Of a DNA stretch of 64,000 nt, positions 23,925 to 35,810 are shown one piece after another. Source of the DNA: Squalus acanthias (lineage: Eukaryota); NCBI GenBank assembly GCA_030390025.1, contig CM059438.1, forward strand, positions 21,266,001 through 21,330,000, given 5' to 3'. A program made the translations under genes and the position numbers. The notes under the pieces were generated by a model that was not told the origin of the DNA, did not search any database, and saw only the letters and a list, made by a program, of their open reading frames with translations. Within the stretch, counting starts at the first letter, position 1, and every line of letters starts with the position of its first letter.

Positions 23925-25340
23925 AAAGAAAGTCTTGTCTCACCAACTGAATGTAATTTTTTGAGGAGGTTATGAAGTTGGTAGTTGACGGAAGCCTTGT
24001 TGATATTTTGTATCTAGATTTTTGAAAAACATTTGATAAAGTGATGAGCAAAAGGCTGCTAAATAAAGTTGCATCTCGTGGGATTGGCAGGCGGGTCTTG
24101 GGTTGGATAAAGGACTGGTTGCATTCGTGAAGACAGAGAGTAGTTATTAATGTTAGGAGTTTTGTGTGGGGTGCCAATCATTAGTGGAATCCAACAAGAA
24201 TCAGAGTTAGGGCTGTTGATCTTCACCATCTTTATTAATGATCTGGATGAAGGCATCAGAGGAATGATCTGCAACTTTGCAGATGACATGAAGAAATACG
24301 TGGGAATTGGGACCTTAGGTAAAATATATAGGCCCGGATTTTGTGGTCAGTGGCGAAGGAACGGCACTCGCCGTTCACCTCACTGACAGCCATATTGTGG
24401 GCTTTTGAGTGGAGACTTGCTCTAATCTGCCGTCTGATCCAGCGCGGCGCCCTCTACAGGGCATCTGTGGCATCTATGAGCAGCATAAAGCAACAGCGAG
24501 GCTTTTCAACCAATCAGATTGAAGAATTCCTCACTGAGACACGCAGAATCTAAACCAGAAAGTATAAAGCCGGAAATATAAATTATATTTAAATTGTGTA
24601 CAGAAAGCAAAACAAAGATTGGGAAAGACAGATGGGATTAAGAGAGAGAAATAGAAGAGAGAAAAAGTAAAACAGATTATTTTAATTTTTATTCTTTTTT
24701 AAATCTCCAACACTAATTAATTTCTGAAGGATTGAGACTCTACACTTGTAAAATTACATTTTCATGGCCAGAGAGGTTGTTTGGCAGTAATTATCACTTA
24801 CCACACCGTTAAAAATTCACTTACTCCTGAATATACCAGCCCTAATTTTTTCTGGTGTCTTTAGTGGGGAACTAATGGGCAAGTACCCCAAAATTCACAC
24901 CGTGGCATTGATTTCACGAGTCTATTGGCAAGGACTGTTACAGCGCAGCCTGTGGAGGAGTGGGGTATCTCTGACAGCAGATTCTGGATTTCCGCAATTA
25001 ACTGCGCATGTGTGGACACTGGAAGTTGCTGTCCAATTTGCTCCATTATAACGGTGAGCACTGTTAGCTTCACCGTTATTATCTACACAAAATCCGGGCC
25101 ATAGTTTGCAGGAGGATCTGGAGGCAACAGGGGAATGGCACATGTCTGGCAAGAGTCTTTCAATATAGACAAGCATGATGCATTTTGGCAGGGGCAATTC
25201 AAGCAGGTATACACCATGCAGAGTTTTGTGCTCAAGGCTACTGAGTGGGTGAAGAACCTGTGGATTGTAGTTCAATAACTAGTGAAGATCCAATACTAGT
25301 GTCACGAGGCTACTGTAAAAGCAAATGGGATGTTCGGGTG
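23925..25340 (+). mobile_element. Old CR1 RT fragment split by a MITE
   Basis: IFINDLDEGI..CNFADDMK before 24331 and LQEDLE..GEW after 25103. Confidence 0.7.
24331..25100. mobile_element. Harbinger-type MITE (770 bp)
   Basis: Perfect 15-bp TIRs GGCCCGGATTTTGTG and CACAAAATCCGGGCC with an ATA 3-bp TSD. Confidence 0.85.
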
Positions 25341-25439
25341 CTTAGTTTTCTGTTCATATTTTTCTTCCATTGTGCAGCACTTTACACTTGTATGTATATT
25401 AAGTTTTCCATAATTCCAACTATTTATATATGTCTAGCT

Positions 25440-25690
25440 CAGTTTGTAGTTACTAAGCTGCCTTTTCACTTTCAATGACCCTTCCTAGTTTGGTATCTTC
25501 TTCAAATTTGACCAGTTTGCATTGAGCTTCTGAATCTAAATCATCAATATAAGTTGGAAATAATAAGAATTCCAACACTGCTCTCTGGGACACTCCAGTT
25601 TAGTATTCCCTCATCCAGACATAACTCTTCTAACAAGTACTTGCTGCTTCCTATCCTTCAGCCAATTTCTTATCCATTTTCATATATTTA
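25440..25690 (-). mobile_element. Degenerate CR1 RT fragment
   Basis: CCTAGTTTGGTATCTTCTTCAAATTT reads KFEEDTKLG on -, resembling KFADDTKLG. Confidence 0.5.
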
Positions 25691-25866
25691 CCCATAAATA
25701 ATGAGTGCAGTATTTGATCATAGAGCGCATAATAGCCAAACCTGATCCTGTCCTCAACCTATGCCTGCACACACAATTTCCAGCAGAATTCACTGAATAA
25801 TGACCAGGGATAGGAATAGACTTCTTTTTTTTCGCTTTCCACTACAGAGACACTGAGGATGGTAAA

Positions 25867-26317
25867 CAAGTAAGACTTTTTATATAATTTATACAATGCT
25901 TTCATGGCCTCGGGACATCCCAAAATGCTTTACAGCCAATTAAGTACCTTTGAAGTGTAGTCACTGTTGTAATGTAGCCAACGTGGCAGCCAATTTGTGC
26001 ACAGCAAGCTCCCACAAACAACAATGTGATAATGACCAGATAATCTGTTATAGTGATGTGGGTTGATAACTATTAGCCAGGACACCAGGGACAACTCCCC
26101 TGCTCTTCTGTGAAATAGTGCCATGGGATCTTTTATGTTCACCTGAGAGGGCAGATGGGGCCTCAGTTTAACATCTGATCCGAAAGACAGCACCTCTGAC
26201 AGTGCCGCACCCGCTCACTGGAGTGTCAGCCTAGATTTTGTGTCTGGAGTGGGACTATAAACCCACAACCTTCTGACTCAGAGGCGCGAGTGCTGCCCAC
26301 TGAGCCAGGGCTAACAC
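25867..26317 (-). mobile_element. Deu-domain SINE, near full length
   Basis: tRNA-like head (GGCTCAGTGGGCAGCACTC on -) with the same core and tail as the other copies. Confidence 0.8.
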
Positions 26318-27614
26318 CTATCACTAGGTAGGCTCCCACTACCAGCCCACTTGAAATCAAGTAACTCATCACTGATCAGGGAAGCTTCTTGGAACTTTCT
26401 TGGATCTGTACGGATCAGTTCTATGTCATGTGTTTACCTACTGAGCAATCGCGAGGTTTTAAAGAAACATTTCCACATACCCTTATTCCATGTGAGAATG
26501 CAACTTCATGAAATATTTGTTATTTCATTTATTTTCTAGGTTTGGAATTCAGGATTCGATCCTTATCTTGTTAATCCTTACTGGTTATAGTAAGCCTGCT
26601 CGAGCTGTCATTATCTTGGGTACCATTTGGGACACTCAGTCAAACTGCAGATCCAGGTTGGAGACTTTTTTGAAATCATCCATATGTTTGTATTTAGCAT
26701 ATCGTTCATGGTATAATCAAGATATTAACAATTCGTTAATCAATAGCACCAAATTAAATACTAAAGCTCATGTAAATTCAGTCCAGAGCAGGACAACTTA
26801 ACTAATCACATCTGTCTGATGACTGTTGAAATTAAGGCTTATAGAATTTCGTGATTTCATGGCCACAGAATTTACCACAAATATAACCCAGTCTATGGAA
26901 TTTTCTCTCCTCCACAGACTCTCTTTAAAAAAAATACAATGGAAATCTTGATTTCCTCTTCATTGTTGGCGGTGATGTGATTGTTCTGCTGTTTTGAGTT
27001 ATTTTTAGTGAATTTCTTCATACAGTTAGATGCAGGAAATTCCTCAATCTCCTAATGATAGACTGTGAGAAGTGAACTGGAAATGGACTCCACAGTGAGC
27101 CTTTTAGTTATTGTGACTTATTCTATTTCTCATCCATATGCAGTTACTATTAATGTCAATGTACTATAGAATGGTTTTATTTATAACTGATGAATCAGGA
27201 TACTACATAATCATTCTGCAGCTTTTTTAGGCCAACAGGCTTTATTTTGCATATATTTTGCTAATATGAATTATTTTTTAAGACAGCCATGTGGCACAGT
27301 GCCAACACAGAATCAAAGGACATGAGTTTGTACTTATGATTCCCTATATGGAGAGTCTCCAATCTGAATAAGTTAACAGGAAAAGGCACCCAGTAAAGAT
27401 TAGGTGATCTCTCTAAAGGAAAGGAGGGAAAATCGGACAGCAAGCAAACCTGTGCTGCTTTCATGAACCTATTATTGACTGATTACAGTCCAGCCATTGG
27501 CAAATGCCTGAAAGCAGATCACCTGCCTATTGTCCGTTTGAGAATGGTGTCTAGGAACTGGGGTGGCACAGGGGCCTAACACACAGTCCCTGAACCTTTC
27601 AGGCCCAAGTATGA

Positions 27615-28602
27615 ATCCTTGGCCCCCTCCTATTTCTCATCTACATGCTGCCCCTCAGCGACATCATCCGAAAACACAGCGTCAGTTTCCACATGTACGC
27701 TGACGACATCCAGCTCTACCTCACCACCACCTCTCGCGACCCCCTCACTGTCTCTAAATTGTCACACTACTTGTCTGCCATCCAATACTGGATGAGCAGA
27801 AATTTCCTCCAACTAAATATTGGGAAGACCGAACCCACTGACTCCATCCCTCTTCCTGGAAACCATCTGAGGCTGAACCAGACTGTTCGCAACCTTGGCG
27901 TCATATTTGACCCCGAGATCAGCTTCCGACCACATATCCGCGTCAACTCTAAGACCGCCTATTTCCCGACTCCGCCCCTGCCTCAGCTCATCTGCTGCTG
28001 AAAACCTCATCCATGCCTTTGTTACCTCTAGACTTGACTATAACAATGCATTCCTGGCTGGCCTTCCATTTTCTACCCTCCATAAACTTGAGGTCATCCA
28101 AAACTCTGTTGCCCGTGTCCTATTTAGCACCAAGTCCCGTTCAGCCACCACCTCTGTGCTCGCTACCCTATATTGGCTCCCGGTTGAGCAACGCCTCGAT
28201 TTTAAAATTCTCATCCTTGTTTTCAAATCCCTCCATGGCCTCACCCGCCCCTATCTCTGTTATCTCCTCTATCCCTACAACCCTCCAAGATATCTGCGCT
28301 CCTCCAATTCTGGCCTCTTGAGCATCCCCGATTTTAATCTCTCCACCACTGGCGGCCGTGCCTTCAGCTGCCAAGGCCCTGAGCTCTGGAATTCCTTCCT
28401 AAACCTCTCCGCCTCGCTACCTCCTTTCCTCCTTCAAGACACTCCGTAAAACCTACCTCTTTGACCAAGCTTTTGGTCATCTACCCTAATATCTCCTTAT
28501 GTGGCTCGGTGTCAAATTTTGTTTGATAACGCTCCTGTGAAGCACCTTGGGGCGTTTTACTATGTTAAAGGCGCTATATAAATGCAAGTTGTTATTGTTG
28601 TT
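27615..28602 (+). mobile_element. L2-type LINE 3' fragment
   Basis: [11 protein letters not shown] and LIHAFVTSRLDYNN; tail GGCGCTATATAAATGCAAGTTGTTATTGTTG. Confidence 0.9.
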
Positions 28603-31479
28603 GGAATGAAAGTCCTTTCTCTCTATAAGGTGTAAGGTTCCCACATGAAAGGAGTTTGACTTTTCTCAATTAAGTTCCTAGTGTGTGTGAGCCTACAACA
28701 CAAACTGCCCATAATTGTGCATTAACTGGCACTAAGTTAGCTCTCACCTCCAGCAGCGATAAGATGGCTGGGGTAGGAAGAGGAAAAACTCATAATAGGG
28801 GTGCTCTTTTGATGTTGGGGCCAAGGAAAAATTGTATCAGCTGGTTGTGCTTTACCTGATCTGGGAGTGTTTGATGACAATAGTATTCCACTCCCAACAC
28901 AGCACTGAAATCCTTCACTTCGATGAGCACAAAACTTAACTCCTGTAAAACAGGTCACAGAAATAATGGCATCTGGCATAGGTTTACCTGGAGAGGGGGA
29001 CAAATATATATATTTAAACAAATAAAATTGTTTTTATTTGCCACTGAATCGAGATGTTTGTCTTACTGAATTAGAAAACTCATCTGCAGAATTCTGCCTT
29101 TCTTTGCTAAGAAGTTCACTGCTTAAATATGTCTGACCCTCTCAGATGATGTTAGGCACCCATGGATCCATAAGAAAACAAACCAGCTGCAATTTTCTCA
29201 TTTCAGCTACACAGAGAGTCCAAGGTCATCAGTTTCTGCCCACCATTCCTAATGAAATGAGTTTCCAATCTGCAGCAAGCTATTGGAAGAAGGCACCCAA
29301 TAAAGGTGGCTTCACAGCACTACCTACGGTACTTAATGCTGACATGACTTTTTCTATATATTTAGCCAATAGGAAACTTAAAGACATACGTTTATCAGGA
29401 TTCTTCAGCACACTAGTGCTTACTATGGTACAAATACACTGTTGCCATTAATTCCTGTTAAACCATTGCCAGCTTTCCTGTTTCAACTTGTAATCTGTTT
29501 GTATTGTCCAGTTTCTTGAAATAAATTGTAAATAAAAAAGAAAATGGATTTATAAAATTTAGATTCATCCAATGCATTTAATGTAAGAAGCAGATATTCT
29601 TACAACAACTTGCATTTATATAGCACCTTTAACATAGCAAAACACCCCCAGTGCAGTACAGCTTTAAATGCCATTTGAATCTGCAACAATCATTAGTTAT
29701 ACCAGTACAATTAAACATTCTATGGTAATCTCAGTCAGCAAGAGGTGGTAGGAGTGTTTAAAATGCTGTATTATCCAATTATGTTATTGATATTAACCTC
29801 TAATATCTGATCTAATGTGGTACTTAATGATGTTATCAGTTACAAAAATAGAAAATATTCTAGCACTTATTACAATCAATTATCAGGCAAAACCCAGAAA
29901 GTAAGGGTAGTCCTGTCGGTATATGATTAGCCCGTCATAACCGAAACTCAGTCATCTTATTCCGTAGTACAAACTTTACCTTATGCATCTGGAATACCAA
30001 TCCTACATCTGGAATAGGGCTTCTTCCTCATTGAGTTATCCTGGATGCTGTTCAACAGAGGCACTAAGCTCTTTTCAAAAGCTCCAAAGATGAACACCAA
30101 ATAATATATCAATTCCTGCTTATCAAGGCATTGCGCAACTTACAGAATATTTTCACTGTTTTAATGTTAAATGTTCCACAGGACTTTCCAAAGTAATTCT
30201 TCCCTTGTCTGCTTCCCTGGATTCAGTTCTGAGGCGGTATCAGGATGCACTGCTGCACGGTTTCTCAGTGTTAAGAATTAGCACCTTCCCAGTCATTTCT
30301 CTCACTGACATTATTGTCTAATTCCTTTTCCTCATTCATTTTTCTCAATATATTCTAATTGCCAGTATTTTAAAGGAAATAGTTTTATATTTCTTTAAAT
30401 TAGTCCACAGAAGCATTCTACTCTAATACATATAACTTGGACTCTGATTCAATTGGCCTTAGGCAATTGTTATAATGAAAGTTTGGTTTAAAAAAATACA
30501 GTTCATTCGAAGAGTATGCTACTATCCTTACCCAATTACAATAATGTCTCTTTTAAAACACAGCAATGAATTTCCTTTCAAAATTAAATATTAATTCAAA
30601 ACTAGTACCTCTGCAGAGTATATCTTAGTATATTTTTTTTAAATGGTAATGATTTCTACATTCAAAAATTAAAATTTACAGTAAGCTTGCACTAACAATG
30701 AAAGAAACCGAAAAGATAATACATGGTGATTTTTCTTACAAATGTTTTAAACGTTTTGCACTATTAATAAGAATATCACACGCCCATTTTCTCCAATGCT
30801 TTGGAAACTCAAACATACTGCAGGGCATCACAGAGGGAATTGTTGTCTTTGCTCAGTGTTTACACTGGTCACAGACAGGCTCTGTCTCCACTAGGATCCC
30901 TTCATAGTAAAATAGGCAATCACTTTCCGGACTCGAGCATGGAAGAATGGCCACTGGCTATTTGGGTGAGGAGCTGAAGGGCCAGCGTCGCTCATAGATG
31001 CATAGCACATGGGTCGCTGCCTTTGGGGAGAGAAGTAGGGGGCAGAAAACGAAATTTAATAAAAAAAACAGTAAAGGTTATCAAAAATCTACACCAGCAT
31101 CCTTTTGCTGTTTGTTTCATTTTGGGTTAAACAATGATCGCTGATGACATTATTTGGCAAACCTCTGGAAGGAGTTACTGAGTGGACAGCGTGAACGAAT
31201 TGATTTAATGTCAGTGGATAATCAGTAGCCCAGCAGGGCCTCAGCTTCCACTATTCGTATTCACTCGTCTCCCTCACAAATGTCTGGCTCAGAACCACCG
31301 CCAAGCCAGTTCCCCGTCACCAACATTCACCAAAACAAAAGCAGCAGCAAAGACGGGAGTAAACTAACAGATAATGACAGTTTTCAGTGACAGTTTGATT
31401 TTTACAAGGAGTTAATAACGGTGACACTTTATAAGACACATTTTTAAGTTCCAGTTTGAATAGGACTCAGTATGTACAG

Positions 31480-31860
31480 TCAAGAGGAAGGCGACATATT
31501 AGAATAGACACCAAACAACCAATGGCAGCCCTGTGAATGAAGCTCCCCCAATCAGTGTATGGTTCTTTTTAATTTTTCGTGCGGAAGATACAATAATGCA
31601 AATGAGGTTCAGCCTGGTGCAGCGAACTGTAGCGCCATCAACTGGTGCCAGCGCGCCATTTATATATTTAAAAATCGTTCTGATTTTCCAAAGTGCTGAG
31701 GGACACAGTGCTGTTCTTATAGTTTCACAATGAATTCTGAAAACAGCACGCACTTTCCTTGTTTGTAAGCCAGTTTGGTGATTTGTGGAATTCATGTTCA
31801 CAGAAATTGGCAAAATGTAGAGTTGATCGTGGGCATTTGTTGCTGTGAAAAGCATTGATT
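31480..31860. promoter_or_regulatory. Candidate conserved enhancer
   Basis: Non-repetitive block with CCAAT twice and the octamer ATGCAAAT, within the TE-free zone upstream of HMX3. Confidence 0.3.
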
Positions 31861-33339
31861 TAAAAGGCAGGCAAGTTAAATTGAAGAAAACATTTTGATC
31901 TATTATTGTAGTATTGTACCCTTCCTTTCTTTCCTCTATCCTTTGTAATTTTCATGACAGAATATATTGTAAGTATATCGGTTTCCACAATAGGCAGAAT
32001 GGTGTTGTCACAGACTCCAGCCAGGCTGTAAGATCTATTGCTTATCATTCTGATAGCTGTGGATAATTGCTCAAATTGGAGTGAGGATTTCTGAGAAGGC
32101 CGCAAGATCATAGGCTACACGTGAAATGTTTGATAGGATCATCGCATTGCTTCATAAACAGGTGTAGTGTTAAAAAGTAAAGATATCAGGAATACATACT
32201 GCACGAAACCTGTTACAAGCAATCTTTTCCTTAACACTTAATATGGTAGAATGTCAAATAACAAATATTTACCTTTGCATTTCTGCAGAAATCAATACTA
32301 AACAGGTAGGTTTCCTGTCTGTGCTCAGCATTCAGATGTGAACAGCGGAAGAGAGGCCGCGGTTCTATAATTAAACTGAGTAAATGTTCCATTTAACTTT
32401 AGTTAAATATTTTATACTTTTTTAAATGACGTGCGTTATGCAATAAATCATATGCAACTGAGTTGTATTAATTTACCTACCTATCCTAATATAAAATGGT
32501 ACAAATCTGGACTAAAGCAACGTTTAGGATGTGTTACAGAGTGTTGGTTCTAACTAACGTTTCCCTTTGTGATATTGAATGGAAATCAGCATTTAATAGT
32601 GATTGGTGAAATTCTGTTAAGGTCCTGCGTTAGAGCTGACGGTTTTTCATTGCACCCCAGTCACAATGTCCCTAACACTTAGCCCGCTTTACACTGCACC
32701 CTTTTGCACAGCTGGATTTGCGCTATAGTGCCAGGACAATGACCCGGATTATACACATCCGGTTTAAAAAAAATCTGAAATTCACTGCTTTCCAAATGGC
32801 AATTTTTTTTTTCTAAATCCTTTTAAAGATTCATCAATAAGTGTCCCTGGTATCAGGTCATTGGGTACGGGACTAACCTTTCGATTTACAGAATTGAGGC
32901 CAGAGCAGGGTCTGGTTTGATTTCTCATTAAGAGAAAGCTCGCGAGTAAGATATTAATGACATGTATTAAGTGTTTGGCAAATGTCTGGGTATCTGTTTC
33001 CTTTACTTCTGATCAATAGCTTGGACAGAGCGAGCGATAGATGCATGTGCCGAGGCAGAGAAGAGAAGCAGTGTACTCGAATGTGTGTTTGAACTTATGG
33101 CTGAAGACAAGCCTCTTTCTTGCTTGTAGTCTGTTTTTTAACCATCCTTTCCAATCCCGAGTAAAACTTTAAACATATATATTTTGAGGCAACTTTCAAA
33201 CGAGCTTCCACGGCAAATCGAGCCAGGAATTAAACGCAGCACCTGTGTTGCCGCAAAAACGTAGCAATCATTGTCACAAGCTGTGTTTCCATTCACTGTA
33301 GCGTTTTTGGGGAGAGGTCTCTTGGGCTACCAACACTAA

Positions 33340-33950
33340 ATGAACAAATCTCATATCAATCACATTTCAGAGAGCGAACATTTTACTGCTATCACTGACA
33401 AAGTCAGTATTGTTTACTTTGCAGTGCCCTGTGACAATGAACAAAGAGCACATCTCCCGTCAAATACTAGATGCCAATGTGCTACCCATAGTTTGGACAT
33501 GGACAAATTATCTAGAATGATATCGAGGTTAACATTTCCTCCATTACACATTCGCCCACTATATAATGATTCAAAGCTTTCATTCTGGGCATTCATCATG
33601 AGCGAGCATGATAATGCAATAATATTTAATAATTCACACAGTCTGAAAAGTGTTTTGGTCGGATATTGCCTTTTTGCGGATAAAGGAATTATGACATTGT
33701 TATCGGCAGCATTCCTGAACCTCGCATAATGATGATGACGAATATTATAGCTTGGAATCATTCATATTTAACTGTGCAAATGCTGACACGTTATTATTGA
33801 CAAAATATGTCATACCAATTCTGCCTTGTCTTCCAAGACTCGTATCTACCATAACAGCCAGGTTTTTCCGTGAATATTTAAAATAAGCGGAGAATCCAGG
33901 AGGCATAAGGGTTTGTATTGTTGCTGTTGTTTTAACCGAACGCACACGCC
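33340..33950. promoter_or_regulatory. Candidate conserved enhancer
   Basis: Dense TGACA (TALE-type), AACAAAG/ACAAT (Sox) and TGTTTAC (Fox) motifs. Confidence 0.35.
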
Positions 33951-35544
33951 TGCACGAATGAAAATCACATCCCCGTTGAAAGTGTTAAATAGATGATCTC
34001 AAATCCATTTGGCAAAGTACTAAAAAGTCACTGTCACATTCATCGGGAAATGGGGCCTGGGTTGGAAAGACATCATTGAGTTTCTGGTACCTGGCTGATC
34101 TGAAAAAGCCAGTACCATCTGACAACGTTCACACCTGGAAATTAAATCATAATAACTACTGTATTTAAAATAAAATCTATAGACAGTAAACTCACATATG
34201 AGTGCAATGTAAACTCCACTGCTGATACGTCCAGTGGTTAAGATAGGTACAGCATGACATCTACTATAATACAATCAAAAAATGCTATAAATGTTGTCTG
34301 CGTCCCAAACAGACTTGCTGTGTATTTCCAGCATTTATTGTTTTTATTTCAGATCTGCAGTTGTTTTCTTTCCATTTCTAACATCAATTGAAGTTTGATT
34401 TCCAACAACTTCATCAAGCAGTCAGAAAGGGCACAAATCAGCAGACGTGTTTTGTTCTCTAGCGGGTTCTTAATGGCAGACTTGTGTAAACAAACACTTC
34501 TGTGTCATTTATCAGGTTTACAGATATGTTTGCTTAGAAAAATAGCACCGCGACTTTCCAAAAACCGTCTGAACAGACTGAGTTTTGATTTGCCCCCTTT
34601 TTTTTCTCACTCCACCCAAACCAGATTGCTTTTAATGTATCTGAAGTGAAATACTTTTAAAGCAGGTTGTAATGTATCCATTCACGATTTCAAGTTTGTT
34701 TCAGCTTTTTATGTACATCTCATCAAGGTTTCATTCCTAAAATGATGATGTTGAGAGATAATAAGCTGTAGGCTCCTGGCGTTAGAATCTGCTATACTGT
34801 TTTTTTCTAAATAATTTCCTGATACCTGCTGAAAAACAGTCTAGAAGTAGCTAGCAGCTCATTTGAAGAATTATAAAAAAAAGGATAGTTTCCCTCCCTC
34901 TTTTTAATGCTACGAGTTGTAATAACTCACAAGTTAATAATACAGGTCTCAATTTCGTTGATATTGAGTTGAAAAGCAGGATTCCAATTTCTGTCCTGAT
35001 CTTCTCCAAGCACTTTTAGTTGTCATGGTCCATTCGCATATATTACGTCAATAACCAATTAGAATGGGTCTCCTTTTAAATCAGTCCTGAACACACAGTA
35101 ATTCCTGGCTCGTTTTGGAATTCATCCGAAAGTAACATAAAGAACTAGGCTGATAAAAATAATAAATCCTAAACAGGCAGAGACACCCCCTGGAAACTGA
35201 CAAATCCAATAGCTTCCAGTCTCATAAAAACAGCCACTGCAGGAATACATAAACTTTTTTTGAGGGGCTCCGATACGATTCGTTGTACGATTCTGAAAGT
35301 TTCCTTTCGGTCAATACTGGATATATCTTTCTGCTGTGTTGATCGCAACAACAAAAAATGATTTTATGCCAGGTTTTGCTGTTGCAAAAACAATTCGAAA
35401 ATGTGTGCTGTTGCCCTGTATATTGCTTGAAGAAATAGTGATTAAGAAAATATATATCGACAGGGGGTGCTGTACAGGAAGCGTTCGGCACACAACCCTA
35501 AGTTAATTATGAATCATTCAATCACTCCCATCTGTAGTATTCCT

Positions 35545-35810
35545 TCGGTCAGAAGTGATCAAACAGCTTGTTCCTGAACACAGCCTGTATGAATGGCGTC
35601 ATCAGCCAGATGAGAAAAGCTAAGGGTTTACCATTCATAACATGACTTTAACTCTGAGAACTAATGAAGTGCTTTTCCCCAAAGTTCTGCCAGCCAAACA
35701 AAGTCAGTTATCCCGAATCATGATAGGACGAATATGCCAAAGGAACAGAGCTTCCCCGAGACAACTCTCTGCTCACAGAGCACCAAAGAATTTCGAGGTG
35801 TGGTTTCAAA
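35545..35810 (+). promoter_or_regulatory. Candidate HMX3 upstream enhancer, paralogous to 47790-48135
   Basis: Shares ordered blocks AGTGATCA, AAAGCT, ACCATT, AAACAAAGTC, TGCCA and AGCTTC with the block upstream of HMX2. Confidence 0.6.
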
